DNA from: Bacilli bacterium
Lineage (GTDB): Bacteria > Bacillota_I > Bacilli_A > RF39 > UBA660
Length of the DNA: 64,000 nucleotides
NCBI GenBank assembly: GCA_017459425.1
Contig: JAFUCZ010000030.1
Location: 4,096-68,095, forward strand
Direction: 5' to 3'
Each line of letters begins with the position of its first letter. The stretch's first letter is position 1. Shown here piece after piece: positions 18,670-27,065 of the stretch. The translations under genes and the position numbers were made by a program. The notes beneath the pieces were generated by a model that ran no database searches, was not told where the DNA came from, and saw nothing but the letters and a program-made list of their open reading frames with translations.

Positions 18670-19554
18670 ATGAATGAAATAGCAAAAAAAGATATTATAA
18701 ACATCAAAGAAATGATTTATGAAATTGATGGAAAGGAGGTAATGTTAGATACTGATTTAGCTAAACTATATAATGTTGAAACAAAAAGAGTTAATGAGGC
18801 AGTATATAGAAATAAAGAAAAATTTCCAAATAGAATATCATGGATAATAAGTGATAATGAAGTTGATTTTTTGTGGTCGCAAAATGCGACCGCAAATATC
18901 AGTTCAAAATCTAGAAGTAATCCTAGAGTATTCACAGAACAAGGTGTTTATATGCTCGCAACAATCCTAAAATCAAAAATAGCTACTGAAGTTAGTATTA
19001 GAATTATGGATACTTTTGTAAAAATGAGACATTATATTAATTATAATAAAAATGTATTACCACGAAGATTTTTATTGTTAGAAGATAAAGTAGATGACAA
19101 TACAAAAAGAATTGACGAACTATTTGATAAGTTTAATCCCAAAGTAATAACTAAAAATTCAATCTTTTTTAAAGGTGATATTTATGATGCTTATTCCGTT
19201 TTATTAGAAATATTTAGTTTAGCAAAAGAAGAAATAATAATTCTAGATAATTATCTAGGAAAGAAATTACTGGATGAACTTAGAATTATTAATAGAAAGA
19301 TAATTATAGTTTCAGCTAATATAAATGAAACTTTAAAAAGCAAATATTCTAAACAATATAGTAATGTAACTTTCATAAATAAAGATTCTTATCATGATAG
19401 ATTTATAATTATAGATAGAAAAAGAGTATTTCATTGTGGAGCATCATTTAAAGATTTAGGTAAAAAGTGTTTCGGAATAAATGAAATAGAAAACAAAATC
19501 GAGATAGAAAAATTAATAAATGAAGTTATTAATAATTGCAGTATAGGTAATTAA
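18670..19554 (+). CDS. ORF6N-domain DNA-binding protein with C-terminal PLD(HKD)-like domain
   Basis: The N-terminus VMLDTDLAKLYNVETKRVNEAVYRNKEKFP matches the ORF6N/KilA-N-related domain. The C-terminal HDRFIIIDRKRVFHCGAS resembles HxK(x)4D(x)6GS with K replaced by R. Confidence 0.75.
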   Translation: MNEIAKKDIINIKEMIYEIDGKEVMLDTDLAKLYNVETKRVNEAVYRNKEKFPNRISWIISDNEVDFLWSQNATANISSKSRSNPRVFTEQGVYMLATILKSKIATEVSIRIMDTFVKMRHYINYNKNVLPRRFLLLEDKVDDNTKRIDELFDKFNPKVITKNSIFFKGDIYDAYSVLLEIFSLAKEEIIILDNYLGKKLLDELRIINRKIIIVSANINETLKSKYSKQYSNVTFINKDSYHDRFIIIDRKRVFHCGASFKDLGKKCFGINEIENKIEIEKLINEVINNCSIGN

Positions 19555-19905
19555 TACTATTTATGATAAGATCTATATGTAAAACACTTTAGTAATTAAT
19601 ATTTAGATATATCAATAAATATAACATGTTCTTCGTCCCAGTACAGGGCATATCGAGAATGTATCGGTACTTGAGAAAAAATGTTGATAGATAAGGATTT
19701 TGTAACAAATGATAATTACAAAAAATGAATATATTTAGTAAAAGTTATAAAATGTTTAATTAACTATGTTCTAGGAAAATACGTTTTCCAGTCCCAGGTA
19801 AAGTTACTAAATAAGAACATAAAGTAGTAATATTGCGAACTCTTTTGATTTGCATTTATAAGTGCTTTTGTGTATAATAATTGACTGATTGGAGGTATAT
19901 AACTA

Positions 19906-20940
19906 ATGAAAGAAAGATTAGATGATACTTTTAATGCTAAAGTAGATATTGTTACATCTCCAGATAATATAAAATATTATTCTCAAGGAAGAAATGATTA
20001 TACGGAATTAGCTTTGACAGCCATTAAGCAAAAAGCAAATGTAATTAAATATATTTCACCATCATACAAAGATTATTTTATATTATGTGATGAAGCTATT
20101 AAACAAGATTATGAAACTTTTTTATTAATAAAAGATAGTGTAAGCAATTACAAACAATTAGGCATAAAAGTGATTATTAAATATCCTTTTTTAATAGCCG
20201 ACCTTGCCAAAGAAATAAAATATTATTATTTCTTTTGGGAATTAGCTGTTTCTATATGTTATAGAGTTTTATGGTGCATAAAAGAAGACAAAAAGGAATT
20301 ATTTCCGTTAATTGAAAAAGCTATTCAGCAAGAACCATTGGCAATCGTTCATGTAGATAGTAGAATTTCTATCTATAGTAAGTTATGTAACATAGCATAT
20401 AGCAAAAATAAAGAATCAATAAAATATATGGATATAAACTGTGTTGAAAAATATTTAGTTTTTGAAATTATTAATAATGAACCAGAAAAAGTCAAACATT
20501 TAGATACAAGTAAGGATTATTATAAAGAAGCTTGGAAACTTGCTTTAAGTATAAATGGACAACTGATTAAAAATATTGATTATTCATCTACAGAAGATGA
20601 TCTTGATTATTTATTTGAATTAATTAATATAGCTGAAAAGAGTGTTCCAGAGATAGTAGATTATCCAATAGTACTCAATGCTTTGTGTCTAGAAAACAGA
20701 AAAAGGGAAGAAAGATTAATAAGTACTCCTAATATAATAGGAAATAATATACATAAGTTATTGAAAGAAATAGATGATGAATATGAATTATTATTAAAAG
20801 AATATAAAGAAGCAATAATTGCAGAAATGAAAGAAAAACCATCTATAAATTTTAATTCTATTCCTGATTGTCCAGTTAAAGTGAAAACAGCTAAACAAAA
20901 AATTTGTAATTATAAATTGTCGTTCAAAAGAATTAAGTAA
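19906..20940 (+). CDS. Helical-repeat protein (DUF4116-like), function unknown
   Basis: Repeated A(I/L)KQ...IKYIS-type units (ELALTAIKQKANVIKYISPSYKDYFILCDEAIKQDYETFLLIKD), reminiscent of DUF4116 repeats (from memory). Confidence 0.45.
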   Translation: MKERLDDTFNAKVDIVTSPDNIKYYSQGRNDYTELALTAIKQKANVIKYISPSYKDYFILCDEAIKQDYETFLLIKDSVSNYKQLGIKVIIKYPFLIADLAKEIKYYYFFWELAVSICYRVLWCIKEDKKELFPLIEKAIQQEPLAIVHVDSRISIYSKLCNIAYSKNKESIKYMDINCVEKYLVFEIINNEPEKVKHLDTSKDYYKEAWKLALSINGQLIKNIDYSSTEDDLDYLFELINIAEKSVPEIVDYPIVLNALCLENRKREERLISTPNIIGNNIHKLLKEIDDEYELLLKEYKEAIIAEMKEKPSINFNSIPDCPVKVKTAKQKICNYKLSFKRIK

Positions 20941-20948
20941 AATCAGAT

Positions 20949-20975
20949 AAGACAAGAGCAATTCTGTCTTTTTTG
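20949..20975 (+). terminator. Rho-independent terminator
   Basis: Stem aagaca(a)g/ctgtctt with a 7-nt loop, then T-run tttttt. Confidence 0.55.
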
Positions 20976-20976
20976 C

Positions 20977-21231
20977 TCGGAATATTAAGATATTAATAGT
21001 TAAATTAATAAAAATAACTATGTTCGATTGATTTATAAAAACAATTATGATATATTGCAAATGTATTAATTATCTTGCCATGAGTTAATATGACAATTTG
21101 GACGCTAAGGTTCTAATTCTTAAGACAAGGAAGAATTATTGCATGCTGCGGGATATCCTTTTTAATATGATGAAGGGGATATCTTTTTTTTTTAAATTCT
21201 AAAGAAGGAGGTTAAAATATGAATGAAATAG
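20977..21231 (+). repeat. Copy 2 of the 251/255-bp promoter-leader repeat (now followed only by a 19-codon stub ORF)
   Basis: Aligns end-to-end with 18432-18682, including promoter, hairpins, T-run, AAGGAGG and ATGAATGAAATAG. The downstream sequence then diverges. Confidence 0.9.
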
Positions 21232-21608
21232 AAAACTCATATGAAATAAAAAAGTTATTAGAAAATATTAATAATTTGGTATAATAGTAATTGTGAAAAT
21301 TTATTAAATGAAAAATAGTAATTTATAAAGAAGAATTAGAGGGATATACAGGTGGAGAAAAATATATTGACTTAAATATTTTAAATAAAGATAAACAATT
21401 AGAAGACTTAATTGTTAAATAAAAAAATATAAATTATAATTTATAAAGATGAGGAAATGTTAAGATATTTTCTTGATTTAGAAAAGTGAAATATAGGACT
21501 TGTTAAAAAAGAATAATCTGTTGCTAAATACAATATGATTAATGTGAAAATACAATTAAATATTTACTTTTTTAAATATTTGGAGTATAGTTTGTGTAGG
21601 TGATTAAA

Positions 21609-22661
21609 ATGAAATCTAATTCGTACGTGGAAAAAAATGTTAGTGAAACAGCTGTAGATTTAAAAAAATTTCTAAGTGAATCATCAACTGATGTTATGAA
21701 TCATTTAGAAAAATTTTTAAGTAATGATAAAAATTTTGAATTGTTTGTACCAGAAGTTAAAAAGAATCCTAATTTGTTGAATATGTTTCATGAAGCATAT
21801 TTAAAAATAAAAAATAGACATATTATAGTTAATGAAGGTTTGATACGTAAAATTAAAATAATGGATAGTTTATACTATGATTTATTAAAGGAACAAACAA
21901 ATACTTCTTTGAATTATAATGAAGTTCAAAAAAGAATACATGATAGACTTTTTGAAATGAAAAATAGAAGTGTTGAAGGGTATAAGTATCGCGAAGAAGC
22001 TTATGAATTAATGTCTGAAGATAAAATGTTTTCATTAAATGAAATGTATAAATATAGAGAAGAATTAGGAAAACAAAATATTGGAATGGGTGGTGTTACA
22101 TATATTACACCACTTCAGACAATATCTAGATTTAATGATGCTAAAGATGGTATTATTGGCGCTGGGTTACATGGAACTAAAATTAATAAAATTATTAAGG
22201 TTGTCTATGGAGAAGAATTTAATTCAATAGATGCGTTAAGTCAAGTTACAGGCCAAGATATAAGAATTTTCCATTCTAATTTTAATGATGATCCATCTGA
22301 GAATACTATAATGGTTGTTATTTATCTTCCAGCGCATATTAATTCTTTTCAAAAAAGATCATTAGAACTATTTAATAAGGAAATAAAAAAATATGAAGAA
22401 AAAAATTCTACATTGATTACGATTTCCTGGGGTGCTTTTGATTATGATAAAAATCTAGATTTAAGGACTATGTCTGGCGAAGGTTATAATTTAGATGAAC
22501 TTTTAGAAAGAATTCCGGTTGATGATAGTATTTTAGCTAAATATCATGATCAATATTTAGTAGGACATGAAAATTATATAAATCATTATAATGACAGTGA
22601 TTTTAAAATAAATATTCCAGTACTATCATCAGGGAAAACACCTGGTAAAACTGGAAAATAA
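21609..22661 (+). CDS. Hypothetical cytoplasmic protein
   Basis: 350-aa ORF with AGGTGA RBS before ATG 21609. No TM or signal peptide, and no recognisable motif. Confidence 0.5.
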   Translation: MKSNSYVEKNVSETAVDLKKFLSESSTDVMNHLEKFLSNDKNFELFVPEVKKNPNLLNMFHEAYLKIKNRHIIVNEGLIRKIKIMDSLYYDLLKEQTNTSLNYNEVQKRIHDRLFEMKNRSVEGYKYREEAYELMSEDKMFSLNEMYKYREELGKQNIGMGGVTYITPLQTISRFNDAKDGIIGAGLHGTKINKIIKVVYGEEFNSIDALSQVTGQDIRIFHSNFNDDPSENTIMVVIYLPAHINSFQKRSLELFNKEIKKYEEKNSTLITISWGAFDYDKNLDLRTMSGEGYNLDELLERIPVDDSILAKYHDQYLVGHENYINHYNDSDFKINIPVLSSGKTPGKTGK

Positions 22662-22684
22662 GAACATTTTATGATGTTCTTATT
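22657..22684. terminator. Bidirectional terminator between convergent genes
   Basis: Perfect 11-bp stem aataagaacat/atgttcttatt with a 6-nt loop, overlapping both stop codons. Confidence 0.7.
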
Positions 22685-23060
22685 TTAGGTTTCTGAAAAA
22701 TGTTTTATAATACATTGTGTGGAAAATTTGTTTGTTTAATACTTTGTTTTTTGATTGCAAATTAAAAATGGTAGAATTATCATCATAAATCAGTTTTCTT
22801 AGTTTTTTTAAATAACGTTTATTTATGATTTTAGGGTACTTTAAAAATTTTAATAACTCATCAATTTTTACTTGTTCTTCTACGTATGGTATATTTTTTT
22901 GGGTTTCAAAAGTTGGATATTTTGTTTTATCAAATAAATCTATTGCGTTAAAAGAATCTGCAGTGTAAATGATTTTTTTAATATTTGAGTTATTAATTTT
23001 AACTATTCCTAAATAAATGTTATTTCGCTGTAATTTTGATTTGGATTTAAACTTTATCAT
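22680..23060 (-). CDS. Hypothetical basic protein
   Basis: 126-aa K-rich ORF with an AGGAGG RBS (cctcctagg on the + strand at about 23070). No motif recognised. Confidence 0.45.
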   Translation of the reverse strand: MIKFKSKSKLQRNNIYLGIVKINNSNIKKIIYTADSFNAIDLFDKTKYPTFETQKNIPYVEEQVKIDELLKFLKYPKIINKRYLKKLRKLIYDDNSTIFNLQSKNKVLNKQIFHTMYYKTFFRNLK

Positions 23061-23121
23061 AATTATTCCTCCTAGGTTATAGTATTATATACGTTTTTAA
23101 ATATATATATTGGGTGATTGT

Positions 23122-23949
23122 ATGAAATATGAATTAAAAAGTTTAACAGTAGATGAAAAATGTGAATTATTAGAATACTTGTTAAAAAAATATAATTTAT
23201 CAAAAAAATTATTAAAAAATTTTTTATCTAGTAAACGTGTTCTTGTTAATGGCCATGTTCAAACTAAGTTTGATTATAAATTAAATATTGGTGATGAATT
23301 GGTGGTATTAGAACGTGTTATTATGTGTAAAAAAATAATTCCGATAATTTACGAAGATGATTATTTAATAGTCATAAATAAACCTAGTGGGTTATTATCT
23401 ATATCTAATAATAGCAGCGAATTAAATGCATATAATTTGGTATCTAATTATGTAAAAACAAAAAACAAAAGGAATAAAATATTTGTGATTCATAGATTAG
23501 ATAAAGAAACTTCAGGATTATTGATGTTTTCAAAAAATCAAGATTTAAAAAACACTTTCCAAAATAACTGGAATAAGTATGCATTAAAACGTGGGTATAT
23601 TGCACTTTTAGAGGGTAATTTATCTAAAAAAAGTGGTACAATTAAAAGTTATTTGAAAGAAACTAAAACTCATTATGTTTATTCTAGTAGTAGTGGTAAA
23701 GAAGCAATAACAAATTATTCTTTGATAAAAAATATAGGTGATAAGTGCTTGGTACAAATATTTATTGATACTGGAAGAAAAAATCAAATTAGAGTACATA
23801 TGAAAGATATTAATCATCCGATTGTTGGGGATAAAAAGTATGGAAATGGTAAAAATGAATTATGCTTATGTGCTAATATATTAGAATTTTATCATCCAAT
23901 AAAAAAAGAAATTATAAAATTAACAATTAGTATTCCTTTTAAAATATAG
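23122..23949 (+). CDS. RluA-family pseudouridine synthase
   Basis: S4-like N-terminus and catalytic VIHRLDKETSGLLMFSKN; GRKNQIRVHM motif. GGGTGA RBS before ATG 23122. Confidence 0.85.
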   Translation: MKYELKSLTVDEKCELLEYLLKKYNLSKKLLKNFLSSKRVLVNGHVQTKFDYKLNIGDELVVLERVIMCKKIIPIIYEDDYLIVINKPSGLLSISNNSSELNAYNLVSNYVKTKNKRNKIFVIHRLDKETSGLLMFSKNQDLKNTFQNNWNKYALKRGYIALLEGNLSKKSGTIKSYLKETKTHYVYSSSSGKEAITNYSLIKNIGDKCLVQIFIDTGRKNQIRVHMKDINHPIVGDKKYGNGKNELCLCANILEFYHPIKKEIIKLTISIPFKI

Positions 23950-24024
23950 TGTAAATTTTACATAATTCGTCTTTTTTTTAATAAATAATTTTGGTATAAT
24001 TATTGGTATACTCGGAGGTGTAAT

Positions 24025-24693
24025 ATGGATCAAAATAATAATGATTCTGTTGAAATAATAGATTTTGAAAAAAAACAACCATCAAGTAATGATATCCCAC
24101 AACAACCTACATTAGTACAACAAGTCATTCCTCAACAAGGTGTTCCTAGTTCACAACAAAATCAAGTAAGTACACAAACACCACAGCCTATTAATAATCA
24201 GAATGTAATTTTAGATAATTCTGTAGTTAATCCAGAGGTCTTTCAAGGCTTGAGTGAAAGTAATGTTGAAAATGGAATTGAAACATTTAATCAAGCTGAA
24301 AATATTTTAAATGAATCGATAAAAAGTAATTTTGGAACTGATGAACAGATTCAAAAGTTTAATAGTGTCACTTCAATTTTGGAGGAAGATAAAAAAAATC
24401 TTGAACAAAATGCCATAGAAACGGCAAATTGGGTCAAACAGTCTATGGAACGAAACGAAAATGCAACAAATTTTAATGCTGCAATCAATCCAACAATAAA
24501 TAATATTTCAAGTTCAGTTAATTTTGAAAAACCTATCGAAATTAATCCTTCAGCACAAGAAAATGAACGCGAAGTGGATGTAGTTGATAATACAAGCAAA
24601 AATAAAAAAGGAATTGCTTTTATAGTTATATTATTTATTTTGTTATTTGCGTTTGTATTTGCACTACCTTATATAACAAATATTTCAAAATAA
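24025..24693 (+). CDS. Q/N-rich tail-anchored protein, function unknown
   Basis: Low-complexity Q/N/P-rich N-terminal half and a single C-terminal TM (IAFIVILFILLFAFVFALPYI). Confidence 0.5.
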   Translation: MDQNNNDSVEIIDFEKKQPSSNDIPQQPTLVQQVIPQQGVPSSQQNQVSTQTPQPINNQNVILDNSVVNPEVFQGLSESNVENGIETFNQAENILNESIKSNFGTDEQIQKFNSVTSILEEDKKNLEQNAIETANWVKQSMERNENATNFNAAINPTINNISSSVNFEKPIEINPSAQENEREVDVVDNTSKNKKGIAFIVILFILLFAFVFALPYITNISK

Positions 24694-24717
24694 AACACAA
24701 TTAAATTATTGTGTTTT
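24692..24717. terminator. Bidirectional terminator between convergent genes
   Basis: 10-bp stem aaaacacaat/attgtgtttt with a 6-nt loop. Confidence 0.65.
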
Positions 24718-25009
24718 TTGATAGTTCAATTATTGCATCAAAATTGTCGTCATCGCATGCTATGTTTTTATGTATTTGGTTACATTTTTGACATTTATAT
24801 ACTATTTTATATGTGTTTTTAAATTTTTCGATTAAAACTGGTTTCATTAAACCAAGGCATGTGTTTTTTCTGTCACCTGGGTTTATATCTACATGTTTTG
24901 AGTAGAGACAAAAATTACAATGATCTCTTGCAGTATGTTCTGCTTTTTTTACTTCTTTTTTACAATTTTCACAAATGAACGATTCGTTAATCATATTAAA
25001 ATTTTTCAT
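24701..25009 (-). CDS. RNHCP-domain zinc-ribbon protein
   Basis: CENCKKEV...ARDHCNFCLYSKHVD...CQKCNQIH pattern matches the RNHCP domain family (from memory). Confidence 0.6.
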   Translation of the reverse strand: MKNFNMINESFICENCKKEVKKAEHTARDHCNFCLYSKHVDINPGDRKNTCLGLMKPVLIEKFKNTYKIVYKCQKCNQIHKNIACDDDNFDAIIELSKNTII

Positions 25010-25109
25010 AAATCACCATACTTATGTTATCATATTTTAAAAATATAAACAATTAAATGTTTTACAGATTTTAAATTAGATGTTATAATTGTTATGTTTG
25101 GGTGAGAGT

Positions 25110-25832
25110 ATGGATATTAAAATAACAATAGATAAATTTGAAGGACCTCTTGATTTATTGCTTCATTTAATTAAACAATCTGATATTGATATTTATGATA
25201 TTGAAATTAATGAAATTACAAAACAGTATATGGATTATATAAATTCGATGGAAAAAATGAATTTAAATGTTGCAAGTGAATACTTAATAATGGCTGCGGA
25301 GCTTATGGAAATAAAATCTAGTAGTTTACTTCCTAAACCTGATGTTTTGGAAGATGATTATGAAATTGATAAAAGAGAACAATTAATACAACGTTTAATT
25401 GAATATCAAAAATATAAAGAAATGACTCCTAAATTTCACGAATTAGAAGAATCTAGAAAAATGATTTTTACTCGCGACCCTAGTAATTTAAATGAATATA
25501 GGAAAAATGATTACAATAATGATTCGTTTGATGTGGATATTTTAGTTAATGCATTTTACGAATTTTTGAAAAGAAAAGAAGAAGAAAAGCCACTTAATAC
25601 TAAGATTACTAAGAAAGAATATTCGATAAGTGAAAGAAGTATTCAAATTAGATCTGTTTTAAAAAATAAAAGAAAAGTAAAATTTTTAGAACTGTTTGAT
25701 ATATATAATAAACCATATATTGTGGTTACTTTTTTAGCGGTTTTAAGTATGGCACGTAAAAATGAGATAAATATAAAACAAGATAATAATTTTGAAGATA
25801 TTGTTATAGAGAGTGTGAAGTGTGATGAATAA
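25110..25832 (+). CDS. scpA: Segregation and condensation protein A
   Basis: IDKFEGPLDLLLHLIKQSDIDIYDIEINEITKQY is the ScpA signature. Overlaps scpB. Confidence 0.9.
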   Translation: MDIKITIDKFEGPLDLLLHLIKQSDIDIYDIEINEITKQYMDYINSMEKMNLNVASEYLIMAAELMEIKSSSLLPKPDVLEDDYEIDKREQLIQRLIEYQKYKEMTPKFHELEESRKMIFTRDPSNLNEYRKNDYNNDSFDVDILVNAFYEFLKRKEEEKPLNTKITKKEYSISERSIQIRSVLKNKRKVKFLELFDIYNKPYIVVTFLAVLSMARKNEINIKQDNNFEDIVIESVKCDE

Positions 25833-26382
25833 AAAAGCGATTTTAGAAGGGTTACTTTTTGTATCGGGTGATGAAGGTATCAGCTTTAAAAATTTAAAAG
25901 AAATATTATCTATTGATGAAACAGAATTAAAGAAATTAATTGAAGATTTATCTATGGAGTATGATAAAGAAGATAGGGGAATAAAATTAGAAAATTTTGG
26001 TAATAATTTAAAGTTAACTACAAAAAAGGAACATAAGGAGTTTTATGAACGTTTTTTAGATGAAGAAGATTCTAAATTTTTAACTCAGGCTGCTTTAGAA
26101 ACTTTAGCTATAGTTGCATATAATGGACCAATAACACGAGTTGAATTAGATGAAATTCGTGGTATATCTTGTAGCCATATGATAAGAAGATTAATAAGTA
26201 AAAATTTAATTAAAGAATGTGGTAAATCTGATTTACCTGGACGACCAACTTTGTATGAAGTGACAGAACAATTTTTAGATTATTTTGGATTGTCTACTAT
26301 AGAAGATTTACCTAAAATAGAAGAATTAAAGTCAGATGATTCTGAAAAGGATTTGTTTGAATCCAAATATAAAGAGCAATAA
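25822..26382 (+). CDS. scpB: Segregation and condensation protein B
   Basis: ILEGLLFVSGDEGIS N-terminus and ETLAIVAYNGPITRVELDEIRG wHTH are typical of ScpB. Confidence 0.9.
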   Translation: MMNKKAILEGLLFVSGDEGISFKNLKEILSIDETELKKLIEDLSMEYDKEDRGIKLENFGNNLKLTTKKEHKEFYERFLDEEDSKFLTQAALETLAIVAYNGPITRVELDEIRGISCSHMIRRLISKNLIKECGKSDLPGRPTLYEVTEQFLDYFGLSTIEDLPKIEELKSDDSEKDLFESKYKEQ

Positions 26383-26426
26383 TAAATACTTTTCTTTTTA
26401 GTTAAAGTGTGGTATTATTGTTGTAT

Positions 26427-26512
26427 GCTTCTGTGGCGGAACTGGTAGACGCGCACGACTCAAAATCGTGTGGCCTTTGGTCATAAGGGTTCGATTCCCT
26501 TCAGAAGCACCA
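26427..26512 (+). tRNA. tRNA-Leu (anticodon CAA), type II with long variable arm, encoded CCA
   Basis: Acceptor gcttctg/cagaagc; anticodon stem cacga/tcgtg with loop ctCAAaa; T-arm aaggg-ttcgatt-ccctt; 3' ACCA. Confidence 0.9.
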
Positions 26513-26524
26513 TATGTGTTTATG

Positions 26525-26547
26525 AGAACTTATATAAGTTCTTTTTA
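26525..26547 (+). terminator. Terminator after tRNA-Leu
   Basis: Stem agaactt/aagttct followed by TTTTT. Confidence 0.55.
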
Positions 26548-26633
26548 TTATGTACTTTTTAATTTATGTTGACATAGTATAAAAATAGATGTAAAATTAC
26601 CTTTGTCAGTTAACTAACAAAAGGAGTGGTTAA

Positions 26634-27065
26634 ATGGATGAAAGAAATATTATATCGCATATAAAAGAATTAGATCTTTTGATTATAAAGAAAATGATGA
26701 AGGGTAAAGATATAAAAAAACACCCTAGTCCAACACAAATAAAAATTATTAATTATATGTTTGAACATCGAAGTGAAAAAATATATCAAAAGGATATTGA
26801 AAACTATTTAAAATTAAGTAGGGCTACAATATCTGATGTATTAAAAACTATGGAAAAGAATGGGTATATAAAAAAAATAACTTGTGCAGAGGATGCTAGA
26901 ACTAATAAGATTGTATTAAATGATGTAACTTTAGAAATGTACAAGAAAGTGATGAATGAAATAAAACAAATAAATGATGTTCTTAAGTACAATATTTCGG
27001 AAGAAGATATGAATACTTTTGTTAATGTTGTTGAGCAAATGAAGGAAAACATAAAAAACAATTAA
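26634..27065 (+). CDS. MarR-family transcriptional regulator
   Basis: wHTH block YQKDIENYLKLSRATISDVLKTMEKNGYIKK...DARTNKIVL. Directly precedes the ABC exporter genes. Confidence 0.85.
   Translation: MDERNIISHIKELDLLIIKKMMKGKDIKKHPSPTQIKIINYMFEHRSEKIYQKDIENYLKLSRATISDVLKTMEKNGYIKKITCAEDARTNKIVLNDVTLEMYKKVMNEIKQINDVLKYNISEEDMNTFVNVVEQMKENIKNN

Larger units (their letters stand above)
18432..18682 (+). repeat. Copy 1 of a 251/255-bp direct repeat (promoter + structured leader + RBS + first 13 nt of the CDS)
   Basis: Near-identical to 20977-21231 (a handful of substitutions and 1-4 nt indels). Starts right after the CPBP stop codon and ends within codon 5 of the ORF6N gene. Confidence 0.9.

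Noticed and set aside
18470-19790. Recurrent (T)AAC(T)ATGTTC motifs (18471, 19624, 19764) and GTCCCAG motifs in the intergenic DNA, considered as LexA/Cheo boxes or element ends.
   Set aside because: The spacing does not fit the Firmicute GAAC-N4-GTTC SOS box, since only 2-3 nt lie between the half sites. The motifs are short and AT-rich enough to recur by chance.
21219-21600. The 19-codon ORF (MNEIENSYEIKKLLENINNLV) and short ORF fragments downstream of leader copy 2, considered as real small genes.
   Set aside because: Only the first four codons derive from the duplicated ORF6N start. The rest has no coding signature and is full of stops in all frames. It is more likely the scar of a replaced cassette.
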